Positions 34,379 to 46,816 of a DNA stretch of 64,000 nucleotides are shown here, one piece after another. The DNA lies in assembly GCA_051294905.1 (NCBI GenBank), contig CM119378.1:992001-1056000 (forward strand), given 5' to 3'. This DNA comes from Botryllus schlosseri (taxonomy: Eukaryota). The translations under genes and the position numbers were made by a program. The notes under the pieces were generated by a model. That model searched no databases, had not been told where the DNA came from, and saw only the letters and a list, made by a program, of their open reading frames with translations. Position 1 is the stretch's first letter. Each line of letters opens with the position of its first letter.

Positions 34379-35334
34379 CAGTGTTGGGATGACTCGAGTC
34401 ATGACTTGACTCGAGTTAGACTCGAGTCAGCTTTTTCGTATGACTTGACTTGACTCGAGTCACTTTGCAAAAATGACTTGACTTGAATTGACTCGGCGCA
34501 TCAAAAATGTGGATTGACTCGTGACTCGGAGCAAAATTCACGAGTCAATTTCAAGTCATCAAGTAATCGGTGTCGATAAAAATCACAGTATCTTCCATAT
34601 GTTCGGATTGTTCGCGAAACCCGTGAGAGCGACAAATCACTCAATGATCGTGTGTTTCACTGAGCCACCATTGTCTCACATATATAAAATGACCACACAC
34701 GTAGTAATTGAAGCGTACAGCTTAGGTTGTCGTAAACTAGTAGTGAGGTATTTTAATAGCATAATATTCATTTCTGTTTTCTGTTCTTAACCAAACCTCT
34801 TGTTTTATTGAAATTGAATTCTAATATAGTTTATATAACCCTCAACCATTGGTGTAGGCTGGAATGGTATCATATCAACATGTAAATGAGTAATGTATTT
34901 CTTCTTATCAATTCGTTTTTCAAGTTTGGCTGGTAACTATAAACTGAGGCTATGCAATTACTTACGCAGTTGAACAGTTCTACATATATGCCTATGTGAG
35001 CGATACATTGCCTTCTTGCGTGTATATTTAACTTTATATTCGTTCATCGGTTCAGAATCAATGACCACATCAATCTGTTAATCAGACAGCTAGCAAAATG
35101 CAATGACGTAATCATTCCTCATAATTCGAAAATGCAATTTGACTTGAATTGTGACTTGACTCGTGACTTGACTTAACTTGACTCGACTTGACTCGAGTCA
35201 CCTCCAAAAATCGAGTGACTTGACTTGACTCGAGTCACCTTCGAAAATCGATTGACCTGACTTGACTCGAGTCAAAATGTGCAATGACTCGAAATGACTC
35301 GTGACTCGAAGGTAGTGACTTGATCCCAACACTG
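34379..35334. mobile_element. hAT-type MITE with GACTT/GACTC subterminal repeats
   Basis: TIR CAGTGTTGGGAT / ATCCCAACACTG; perfect TSD GTACTCCG; sibling at 53883-54848. Confidence 0.9.
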
Positions 35335-36003
35335 GTACTCCGTGAAAACAGCCCCGATATTCCTCAGATTATCTTTCTGATTGGTAGATTGAACTACTTC
35401 TACTTGACAAACTGAAAATAGCGAAAAGTACGTACCAAGATCACAAAATATTACGAAGAAGATTTACTTGAGTAAGTATCGCAAGTAGCGGAAAAACTAA
35501 CCTGAGTACTTCGAAAATGTAGATGTAGGCCTACTTCGTTACTATCACAAAATGCAATCAGAATGCTAGCAAATGGCATGGAAGGTTACGACTGTTGACT
35601 TGATGAGAGAATTCTCAAATATGAAATTGGGACTATACTCTGAGCAATACCTACGAATTGGAGGTAAGTCGCGGATAGCGCGAAAACAATTTTCATTCCA
35701 ACGCAGCTTCGCGCCCCTCTTCAGATGCTTCCATCCCCCGCCTCCAGTTCGAGAACTACTATACTTTAGTGTGTTATATATGGTAATAAAAATAAGGCGA
35801 AATATTTAATATAATGTTAAGCATTATCCGATCGTTTTCTGTGTTACAAAACTCACGCGACATCAATGTCACCGTACGCCATGGCGCCGTAGAGCGACAT
35901 GAAAATCGCGACTATAGGCCTACTCCAAGTCGTTTCGACACCTTCCTATTTTTCATTGTATCGCATTGTTTTACTGTATTGAACTGATAAATTGCTAATA
36001 TAT

Positions 36004-36236
36004 CACCCAGACATCCATAGATGAGCGCATTGCGCTTGGTCGAATTTCCCTAATCTTCTCGCGAACCCGAAATCTCAGGCTTTTGCAACCAAACCGAATT
36101 ATTGACAGTGATCCAGAAGAACATTCTCTCTTTTGATGTCGCGGTGTGTGATATTGTGGCGATGGAAATACTAGACTGCGCGTATCACGCGGTAAGATAT
36201 ATAGCGGCCTTAGAATTCGCGCATCGCTCCGTTGTC
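36004..36236 (-). pseudogene. Ser/Thr protein kinase pseudogene exon (subdomains VIa-VII)
   Basis: After a CAG acceptor: DNGAMREF*GRYISYRVIRAV*YFHRHNITHRDIKRENVLLDHCQ*FGLVAKA*DFGFARR. HRDIKxxN and DFG motifs are present with four in-frame stops. Confidence 0.85.
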
Positions 36237-38009
36237 CTGCGAGAGCAATGCTTTTTAACCTTTATTACTTTCGGTAAGCTAATCTGCAAGCTTTCGGCGA
36301 ACTCCAAATATTCGTCTAGTGACAAAAACCATTATCCATCACATTAAACAATGTGCAAAACATATCAAAGCCTTTCAGAATACTGCTGAACAAAATGAGC
36401 TGTCCATCAACAATACTGTTATAGGAACAGAACCAATGAAAAATGATTTTCACACAAATCGATAGGATTGTGATAAATACTTATTGGAAATCAGTGTGTC
36501 GACGTGTCGGGTATGGGTTTTGTCTTAAGCCGACTGACACACCAAACACCAATTAAAAATACTGTGTTGCCAAAAATGAGTTTTGTTGTAGATTCCCCGT
36601 AGCAAAATGTGTCGAATCGAATGTCAACTTCTGTCTTAGGATCCTTCTTAGTGTCAGTGAGTCAGTATGTTTTATTCATCTCACCAACAAACGCAACATG
36701 CAAATTGGTATGGATTAGGAGACGGCGGAGGACCGGAAGGTCTTAGATTCAGTCGCCACCCAGCGGAGTCATAAACGAGTAATTATGGCATAATGTCGGT
36801 ATATAAAGACTAACGAATATCTGGCAGTTAACCAGTGGACTTGAAAATTACAAAACATATAAGGCACGGTGTGCACAGTGTAAAATGACCATCGAAGCAA
36901 GAACAAAGAAGACGTAACAAGTGGAACAGTATTACATCACAGTCATTGCAAGTCATAACCGTTTCAGTATTTTTCAATCACAGTAGGCTAGTCGTTTCCT
37001 CTTGTGAGTTGAATCAGGATTTTAATATTGAGAAATTCTGTCAGATGGTAAGAAATGTTATTCTCACCCTGTTGTTATCTATCTTTTCAACATACCGACC
37101 CGGTACAATTCAAAAACAGATTTTGCGGACTGGTGATTCTTCAAAAATCAGAATTAATCCAAAGCGTAATTACGACCAAAAGTATGCAAGTCGAAAGAAA
37201 AAAAATGGAACTTGACTTTATTGATAAATTATCGTCTATTTTTTTCATATCACACCTGGCGTTCTATTGGAGTGTCCGCAGGGTAACGTCCCATTGAAAC
37301 AATCAATTCGACTTGAGTATGTAGCGCAGTGAGGCAAAACCTAACCTACTTGATCACTCGGAAAAGTTGCAGCATGTTTCAATACACATCTGCGATAAAT
37401 GTTCGTAGGAACTCAAAGCTAGGAGATATTATTACTCGACTCGAATTGTTGCCAGATGAAGTCGAAGTAGCAGTAGGGCTCTCAGCTTTCTCGCGGCCAC
37501 GTACTGGCCGCCGATTTTTCTGTGACCGGTCACAAATATCTCGTGACCGGCCATGAAAAGCGTTGTCTCGTGGCCGCAATATTGATTTGCGAAATAATTT
37601 TTTGTCACCTCCGAGCTTTTTCCATTTGAAAAACGTATGTTTCCCATTTTGCAGCAAACATGATTATAACATGTTGTGTGTGTCAATGGATTTGGCATGA
37701 CATGGTAAATAATATCGCGTGCCAAAATGGCTCGCGTACCCGGGTTTGCCGATCCCTGTTGCACACTAACTCTTTCTGTTCACACAATCTGGGTTGACGG
37801 ATTTTGAGAAAAGTCGGGTCCAAGGTACATAAATGAAACATTGAGCGGCCCCACGCGACAACGCGAAATCTGTCGTCTCGGAAATTTTTTTCACAAATGG
37901 AATTAACCAGTTTGCCAATGCCAGGAGTTTTCATGTCCGTTGTATATTCTGATTCAATATTCAGGAGATGGATCAATGACAAGGTTTTCTCCGAGCGTGA
38001 TGCGCTTTA

Positions 38010-38046
38010 ACACCTGATGAAGGAGCGGCGCTCCGAAAGCCCGTGT
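38010..38046 (+). ncRNA. Minimal type I hammerhead ribozyme-like motif, probably a degenerate Penelope-associated copy
   Basis: ACAC-CTGATGA-A-GGAGC(GGC)GCTCC-GAAA-GCCC-GTGT. Stem I, stem II and both core boxes are present, but the conserved U of the cleavage triplet is C. Confidence 0.5.
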
Positions 38047-40435
38047 AACTACTAAAGTTATTTTCAGTTACCCGTGGACGTTAAATAGGATGTGGAAGCT
38101 ACCAAGGTGTTACGTTAATAAATCTAGGAGTTCCATACATGCTCATTAACGCGAAATTGTTTTTTCGACACGACTCTCCGATGCCAATGAATAATGATTG
38201 ATGCTTTCTCTGGCGTCGAATCGTGTCTGCTTAGCTGTACCCTGCGTTTGGACTATAGGCGTTGCGTATCGGCTTTGTATTCAACTTAATTCAAGCCAGC
38301 AATTCAAATAGAAGAAGAATGTGAGCTGGGGTTTGGTCGCTATAAACACAAAGATGCTTAAACATCAGTAATGGGCCTGCTTCCGTTGCACAGCTGACGA
38401 TTAGCTACTATCGTAGTGGTACGTTCCACAGCGGCGAAACCAACGGGTTGCGGATTAGACTCCGACCGAGGTCGACTAAAGAATTCCTACCTAAGTGTTG
38501 GAGGTTTATCTAAGGTAAATACGGAATCATAATAAAGAATATCGGCCTGCTGAAAAATGACCAGCGTAGCCGAAACACGATGAATAACAAACAAAATACT
38601 TAGTTGGTGTTGATGTGACAGATTTGTTACTGCTGTGGCGACCAGAGTGAAAACGCAGCATTGGCGTCGGAAGATTGCGGTGGTACATATGACTGCATTC
38701 GACCATTGCGGTCTTGGGGGAATATATGAGTGGAATTGTGGACGTATTTCTTAATAGAAAACTCAAGACTTGATATGCGCTGGATAATACAAGCACATTT
38801 ACTCATTTTCATTGACTCCACTTTACCTCGTCGGCCTGATGAAATCGCATGGCGGACATTATGTTCGACACCCCTGGTTTAAACTCAATTCGCTATTTTC
38901 CGATTATACAAGATCTACTTTTGTTGAAACAAACTATAGGTGGATGTATTTTTGTAAAAGTCGACTCCGCGGTGCTGACTATTATTTACAATTAGTCAGA
39001 GGTGGTCAAAGTAGTCAAGAAAGCTACTCAAGTAGAAGTAGAAGTAGCGACACAAAATTCTACCCAAGTACAAATAGAAGTACTTCTTCTGAAAGCGACC
39101 TAAGACTACTTGAAGTAGAAGTTGAATCTCCTGGCTTTAAATCTACTCAAGTCGGTAAGTAAGTAGCTGTGAAAACGGTCTGAATACGTTCGCATGGACT
39201 GTAAAAAATGCAAATTGAGCTATGCGGAACGTGCAGAGAGATAGATTCATATTAATTCATCACAGGAGGTATCAATGTTCGAGAGCATAAGCGTTCGTCC
39301 CCATCATGGGATGCAAATGATTATATTGCTGTAGAAATGTAATACTCATTTTTGTTCACTCGAACACCCAGTTTTAAAAAATTGTCATGGTCTGGCGCCC
39401 TCGCCTATATTATAAAGGCCCGTAGTTTGGTGTATTGGGATGACTCGTTTTCGTATGGCTTGACTTGACTCGAGTCACTTTGCAAAAATGACTTGACTTG
39501 ACTCGCTGCTTCAGAAATGAGGATTGACTCGTGACTCGGAGCAAAATTTACGAGTCAATTTCAAGTCATCATGTAAACCAAAGGTCTCAAACCCAAATGT
39601 GCTCGCGGGCCAATTTCCTAGTTTTTGATGACGCCGTGGGCCGCATCATCAATAATAGGGATATTCAATGTATGATTTCCAAGTAGGCCTTATTTGAAGG
39701 GACCCTACAGACAGGCATTCCACAAACATCGTGGAAATGTAATTTACTATTGTATCAGTCACGCTTGACACGAAAAAACCCACAATGCTGCTTAACCATT
39801 TTCGCGATCGCACTCCTCGTGCTTCCAACGAGATGTCTTGTAGACCCTGTCCATTTTCAATACAATTTCTGATGGTACCTATATTAAAATCAGAAAGCCC
39901 ATTCATATAAAATCGTTCGTAGCGCTAAGACTATTTTCCAGTTGAATAAATTGGTCAAGAAAATATTCCACAGCATATAGGCCTAATTCCACAATGCATC
40001 TCGTACACCCTGATGTAGTACTTCGTACCCCTATTGGGTCTACGGACCCTGGTTAAGAACCCCGAGAATAGAAATGTCCAATCGGAGAATAATTCATTGG
40101 TGTTACAGCTGTGGAGCGTACTACTACCCTACTCGCCACCGATAATAACATAGATAAAGAGAACAAACAACACCCAGTATGTAACCAAAAATAAGTCACG
40201 GGGATCACAGAATGACAATGGTTGCCATACTGACCTGATTAGACAGCTATATACCGTACGCAACGCAAGCTACGACTTTTTGATTTATTACTATTCCCCG
40301 TGATAGTTTCATAGATTGTTGCGTCCGTAGGACTACCAAGTCACCGTTCCGAGTCGCAAGTCCTTCTCTGATTTTAACGCTTGACCCGACTCAACTCGAG
40401 TCATTTTTATTTAATCACCCAGTCAATCCGAAATC

Positions 40436-41399
40436 ACAGACGGATCGAAGACCACGGATGCCACTGGTTATGCGATATTCGTAAAAGAGCGGAATGTGAC
40501 AATATCCCACAAATGCCAAGGAGCTCTGTCGTCATTCTCAGTAGAATCATATGCCATATTATCCGCTCTTCATTGGATCGAAACAAATAACGTTAGCCGA
40601 GCTGTTGTTCTCAGCGATTGCCTTAGTGCACTGGACTGTATAGCTAATTATCGAACAGATGGGCCTTTTATCGTTAATCAAATCGTTAATGTCCTCAACA
40701 GGTTGACGAGTGAAGGAAAATTAATCACGCTCATATGGATTCCGGGCCACGCAGGAATTCCCGGCAATGAAGTAGCCGATCGTCTGGCCAAGGAGGCGAC
40801 ATCGTCACACCGTGCCATCACAATTCATGACATCCCTATAGACGATGCAAAGAAAATCGCTTTACATAAATGCAAAGCTATTTGGAACCGGGAATATCTC
40901 GATTCAGAAACAGGAAGTCATTACAAAATCTTCCGACCAAATCTGGAGGTGAAATTACCATCAGTCCCACCAAGACGCAGCGAAGCTACGTTGTTTCGAC
41001 TACGCACCGGTCACTGCGGACTCAATGCACATCTCCACCAAATTGGCTGCTCGGAATCACCATTGTGCGAGCATTGCGGCGAATTAGAAACGGTCGAACA
41101 CTATATTATGACCTGCTCACATCTGACTGAGATAAGAAGAAAGCTACAACATATCGCGCAGACAAAGAACGTACCTTTCCAGCTATATAACCTTTTAACG
41201 GACAGCAACATTATTGCCGATCTACTGGACTTCATACGAGAGTCAAAGCGTCGCATTTAGCTACGTACTCATCTTGCATTTTCGTGACATTTCATGCTAC
41301 CATTTTGATCAAAATGTCTAAAATCTAAATCGTCGTGGTGCAAAAAGCCTTCGATGCGAAAAGCACCACTAAATGTTTTTATACATAATAATAATAATA
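40436..41399 (+). mobile_element. 5'-truncated I-group (I/Nimb/Ingi-like) LINE: RNase H, CCHC zinc knuckle and 3' UTR
   Basis: Open frame 40436-41260: TDGSK..E..SDCLSAL..WIPGHAGIPGNEVADRLAK..RLRTGH..CEHC..ETVEHYIMTC. (TAA)n tail; 11-bp TSD AATCCGAAATC at 40425-40435 and 41400-41410. Confidence 0.9.
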
Positions 41400-42641
41400 A
41401 ATCCGAAATCGAGTAATTTTACGAGAGGGTCGCATCAAACCAAAAGACATTTTTTAGTAACGAATCATCGACGGGTCATGTTTTATCATCATGAACTAGA
41501 AATGTGACGTAATCTTCTACCGCATGGTAGCTTTTAAAAGTGATGTGATAGTGAAGTTTGTAGAGATTTCAGTGATTTTTATAGTGAATTTCAGTGAACT
41601 TTAAGTTCTTATATCTACAAAAAATATATGGCACTTAAATTTTATTAGGGAGATAGGTTCCCCTATTAAAACCAAGACACCAAACTATATGAAATCGCGC
41701 ACCGCGCGAAGAAAATTAGAAAGACGTTCAATAATTCTCCAAACAAATACTCCATAATTTATGTGACTCATGAAATAACTTTGGACCCTTTTCGAATCGA
41801 TGCACTAATTGGTGGGCCCGGGTGCGGTAGTTAAGGTTATGCATGTCACAAATGATTGCAGACGCGAAAGGCTTATCTATAGGCCCCCCGATCGCGATCT
41901 GCTTAAGCCGGTGGTTCCCAACCAGTGGTACGCGTACCACTAATCTTACGCGGATGTCTTCCTGGGTGGTACGAGAGAGTAGATTCTGGTTATTTTTCGA
42001 CTGAAGGGAGTTATTAGTTCAGTTTTTTTCAACCTCGTGAATGAATTTCGTCGATAATATTAGCAGTTTCAGATATTACTGTCAAAAATTTATCCATTCT
42101 CAGTCCACGTGATCAGATTAACAGGCGTAGCTGAAGGAGGGGTGTCTTCGAAAACTTGGGCAAAAAATTAGTGATGATGCACTTTGTTGCATAATGTTAT
42201 ATTTCTTGACTTCCCATTCGGATTTTCCGTATAGTAAACATTTATTGGAATCGCCCTAACGTACCAGAAAAACCTTCATCCATGACGAAACGAATTTTTA
42301 AGTGTGACGTCACCGTGGATTGACATTGACAATTGAAAATATAGCGTAAATAATGCTCCTATGATGAAAAGGGCATCCGATTTCTGTCATAAAAAGACCA
42401 AAAATATCTTTAATCAGGACTACATCGTTAAGCAGCATTTTTACGGTCGGCGGCCATCATCATCAGAACACCCATTCTGTACCAATGATCAATATCCACG
42501 TGCAAATACACATAGCATACGTCGACTATTTTGGGTGTAAATCGTCAGTAGGCTTATACTCGATGGGTTTTCGGACGTATTTACGCAATTTTGGCGACAA
42601 CGTTTGAACAAAAAACATTTTCTAAAGGCATTCGTTTAAAA

Positions 42642-43148
42642 CAGTGGTTCCCAAACGGTGGGGAATTCCTCACTGGTGGAGAATTAAATGGTTTCGGGTG
42701 GGGAATAGACGCATTTGTTGAACATTATATACAGGATAGTCTACATATTGACGGAGACACATGAACGATTACCGTTACCAGTTAACTGCTCTGGAATGTA
42801 TGTATAGCAAAAATTGTATTGCGTGTTGTTCACAAAAACTCATAATATCTCTGGATAACCAATTATGGCGTCACAAACGCATCGAGCACGACCAGTATGA
42901 CGTGAAATAAGAAATTCGCTGAATTTTTAGGGTTACCGGTATCGGTTCACAATCGGTTTTGTGCTGTAGTTATAGGCGATTGTCTTGCGTACTGTTGTGG
43001 TTGTATCTTGCGTACTCATACAAACAAATAGCTCCTCCGCAATGACAATAGTTAAAAGGAAATACGACGATAGTTTTGGGTAGTGGGGAATGAAGACTCG
43101 GAATAAATCTGAAGTGGGGAATGAAGACAAAAAGGTTGGGAACCACTG
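42642..43148. mobile_element. hAT (Buster/Charlie-like) MITE
   Basis: CAGTGGTTCCCAA / TTGGGAACCACTG; perfect TSD GTTTAAAA. Confidence 0.85.
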
Positions 43149-43607
43149 GTTTAAAACAATGTTTAAAACATGTTTTAAACAAAGTGTTTTAAAACACCGC
43201 TTGTTTTAAATGCAACCCTAAATATAATACTTTACTGGACAAACTGAAAATAGGGAAAAGTAAGTAAATCACAAAATATTATGGAGTGGAAGTAGCAGTA
43301 GCGGAAAATTAAATTGATTTACTTGAGTAAGTAATGCATAGGGCTACCATATGTCCTCTTTTTCCAATATATTAAAAGTGTCCTCGGAGGACGCCTAAAT
43401 ATCCTCTTTTTTGAGAATTTGTCCTCTTTTTCTAGAAAAAAGTATTGAAATGCGATCACGGCTTTTAACAGTCAATTCATATTTATTGACTCGAAGAACT
43501 TTTCGCATGCCTCTTATCAAGAGCAGCCGGCACGATAAAGGATACAGAACACAAATAGATTCAAAACCAAATGGCGAATTGTGACGCAATAATGTAAATT
43601 TATAAAT

Positions 43608-43950
43608 TATTATTATTATTATTATTACAACAACAGTGGTGCATATAGCCTGATTAAGGCTTTGTGCTCCACGACATGATAATTCAACGGTTCAATGCAT
43701 TTCTTCTGGTCTTTTTACTTTGTTTCTTGCACTCTCTCAGGCACTCTTCAGCAGTTCATCGGTTCTGTTGCTGCCGAATTATAGCTCGGCTCACTGTAGT
43801 TGGGCTTTTTAAGTCACTGCTTAGAAGTGAGGTCGGCGATGAGGAGCCATAGAACCTCCGACACATAGTAGTTAGTCCGAACCGGGTTTAGAACCACTGC
43901 CATTGGTGTCGTGACGCTGGCGCTTAACCAACTGCGTCACTCGCTTCCCC
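43608..43950 (-). mobile_element. Full-length tRNA-derived SINE (family 2)
   Basis: Box A-like TGACGCAGTTGG and box B-like GGTTCTAAACCC; (TAA)n tail; 14-bp TSD GTAAATTTATAAAT at 43594-43607 and 43951-43964. Confidence 0.85.
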
Positions 43951-44126
43951 GTAAATTTATAAATAACACGAATGGAAATTTAACCATAGCATCATTGCAG
44001 CGTATATAGCGACAAGCAAACTTGAAAAAGTAGTGCGCGTGAGGAATAACATACAAATACAATGAGACAATGCAGCAACACAGAAAAATTGAACAAAAAT
44101 AGGGATGAACAGCTAAGCAACGACAA

Positions 44127-45085
44127 CTAGTGTGAGATTTTAAGATTATACAAAAATTCTTTCTGGCGACAAAGGACCGGGCTGTTTAGTTTGATAGAAG
44201 TGGATTCCAAAGCTTTTTAATGAAATAAGGATCTACCCTTGAATAAAACTGAAAACATGTAGTCTGAATAGTTTAGGGCGCAAGACGGGTTGTCGGTCAA
44301 ATGCTGGCCAATTGAAGAACTGCATGCCAATACACTTGGCTGTACGATTGGTATTTTGATGCGTGTTTACATTGCTGAATTACGTCTTCAGAATCAGGAG
44401 ACTGCGACGCCGATCTTATCCTCTTAGGAACATGCTGTTTGATACGTTCTAGCAAGCGTTGGGATATGCGTCCCACGTACCGACTGTCACAGTGGCATTT
44501 GTATTCATATATGACCATACTTATATGAAAAGCAGGCAGCACATCCTTTCGCGTGTTAGGCAAAATTTGTTTCGTTGTATATACAATCCTCGCATTAACA
44601 GTGTTGTAACACGATTCGACGCATGATCTGATTGACTTGGTGAATCTATTAGAAACAGAGCCAAGTCAAGGAAGGTGTATGTATACCGGGCATTTTTTAG
44701 GGTTGTCGGAATTTGCGCATTTTCTCCGCGATGGCAGAGTCAGTGATAATATCGGGATATCCATTTTTGGACATAATGGATCTAATCCAATCTAATTCTG
44801 CAGGCAATTTGTCTTTAGAGCAAATCATAAGTGCTCGATGCACAAGGGTAGAGATCAAATTTAATTTACGCTTTTTTCGGGCAAAAGGAGTTTCACCTTA
44901 CATAATGACCGGTGAATGTTGGCTTCCGATAAACTGTTGTGGTGAATTGGTGACCCGTTTTTTTTTACCAATACATCAAGAAATGGTAGGGAACTATTTC
45001 GTTCTTTATCTACTGTGAATTTAAGGGATTGATGCATTGCATTTAACGTATCGAACAAGGCATCAAAAATGCGATCAAAAATTCG
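44127..45085 (-). mobile_element. Degenerate Penelope-like retroelement (RT C-terminus plus GIY-YIG endonuclease)
   Basis: LNAMHQSLKFTVDKERNSSLPFLDVLV, VIYEYKCHCDSRYVGRISQRLLERIKQH and terminal LCRQKEFLYNLKISH*, spread over shifted frames. Confidence 0.88.
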
Positions 45086-45249
45086 ACTCCGATGCAGCGA
45101 ACGCCAGAGTTGACAAGACAATCACGACAAATACGGCGCGACGGGTATTTCGGGAGTAGAGTATTCATGAATCCCGTAAAACTACTCTGCGGACCCCTGA
45201 CGGGTATATGGGGCCCATGGGGAGAACCGGTGATGTAGAAGGTGATATT

Positions 45250-45937
45250 TCCTGGAAACATGCGCTCAAGCCACTGCAGAAACTACAGCATAAAGTGCTC
45301 CGAATCATAGCTAGGGCCCCTAAGGGGCCTGGCTGCCCATCCAATAAGTCGCTGCTGAAGAGATTCGGCGTCCTAAACATAGAAGATATGCGGAAACTAG
45401 AAATCGCCAAGTTTATGTATCAGTTTCACTGCGGTCGTTGCCCCGAATATTTCAATGACTTCTTTACCTCTGAATCAAAAGCGCACAAGTACAACACACG
45501 CGCGTCCACGTCGTCCAAATATCATATGATCGACCGAAAAGATCATCGCTCCATCAAATATGCCGGACCTGATGTGTGGAACAGTATCCCGCCGGCCATC
45601 CGACAGTCGACGAGCATGTCCACATTCAAGTCGAAATACAAGCAATTACTACTAAATAAATACAATCCATCCTCAAGATTACCGGACCACGACTGACCTA
45701 TCGATCTCGCTTCCCATGACATGCCGCCCTATTTCTTGTCGCTTTCTTTTTCTATACTGTATTCTTTACTTTCATTCAGTGTGCATGCCTCCTCTTTACT
45801 ACGCCTAGGCCAAGGTGGGTGTCCGATTCCATTGACAAATCCAAGTCGCTTCGACATCTTCCTGTCTATTCATTGTATCGCATTTTTTGTGGTGTATTGA
45901 ACTGATAAAATTGCTAATAAACCAATGATGATGATGA
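45250..45937 (+). mobile_element. 3' end of a CR1/L2-group LINE (ORF2 C-terminus, 3' UTR, (GAT)n tail)
   Basis: LQHKVLRII..KFMY..HKYNTR..SIKYAGPDVWNSIP..FKSKYK; AATAAA followed by (ATG)n. 5' boundary approximate. Confidence 0.85.
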
Positions 45938-46816
45938 GTCTATTAAGGTATGCGATTCTCTGATAATAATTAAAGTCGTTAGATGTGAGACATGGACAGC
46001 ACAGCTCCGCTGTGGCTATTTTTGAAATCCTCTAGTACGCTGTGTTTATAGATACCAACATGGCTCCGGACGGATACTATTGCCATTTACCGTATATTGA
46101 TGCAGTGATGCACTCGCGGACATATAGTTTATGGCGTTTAATAATTAACTAGTATCTGTATCAGTATCAGTGTTCTCTAATGTTGGCCTGTTGTTACGGC
46201 AAATAATTAACTTGACACGAAAGGTTTATTAATGCAAGTTCGTATTCAATCAATTTTCTGTGCAGTTCCGGAGGCTTTGTGACGATATGAAGCCAATTAC
46301 CAGTGTTACATTGCCGACAGAATAGGCTGGTAATTGTCACATCCTGATTACATGGGGTGGGATAGCGGTAATATGATTGTTGGTTATCCTTTGCTATCGA
46401 CAAGGGAAACAGCACTGCAAAAGTCTAAGCGCAAATATGTAGAAGAATACGTTCATTACTGCTTTATTGCTTGGAGTAGGCATACTGTAGTTAATCCATT
46501 TGGAAGCAGTGAATCAAGAGATCTTCCTGCAGAAGAAGAAGAATAGCTCAATAATTTACGAAACCACCGTTGCCACGAACAATGGGATGAGTCTGGGCTG
46601 TCTGCTTAAGAATAATTTTATTCAAAGAAATCTTTTCTCTGGTGTATCGCGAGCATTTGATTATTTTTGTAGCGTGCAGCAAGTTGAAAAAGTCTGGTAA
46701 CCACTGGTGTAGACCTATGTAAAAACTGAACTCGAGTATCAGATATGATAAATCAAAAGGCAAAATTGTTCGTGCAGACAGATTATAGGATCGTGATTTT
46801 GACTCGATAATCTGTA

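Noticed and set aside
36102..36347. Plus-strand 81-aa ORF
   Set aside because: Antisense shadow of the kinase pseudogene.
43870..43950. tRNA gene
   Set aside because: The tRNA-like head continues into a SINE body, tail and TSD; no intact cloverleaf.
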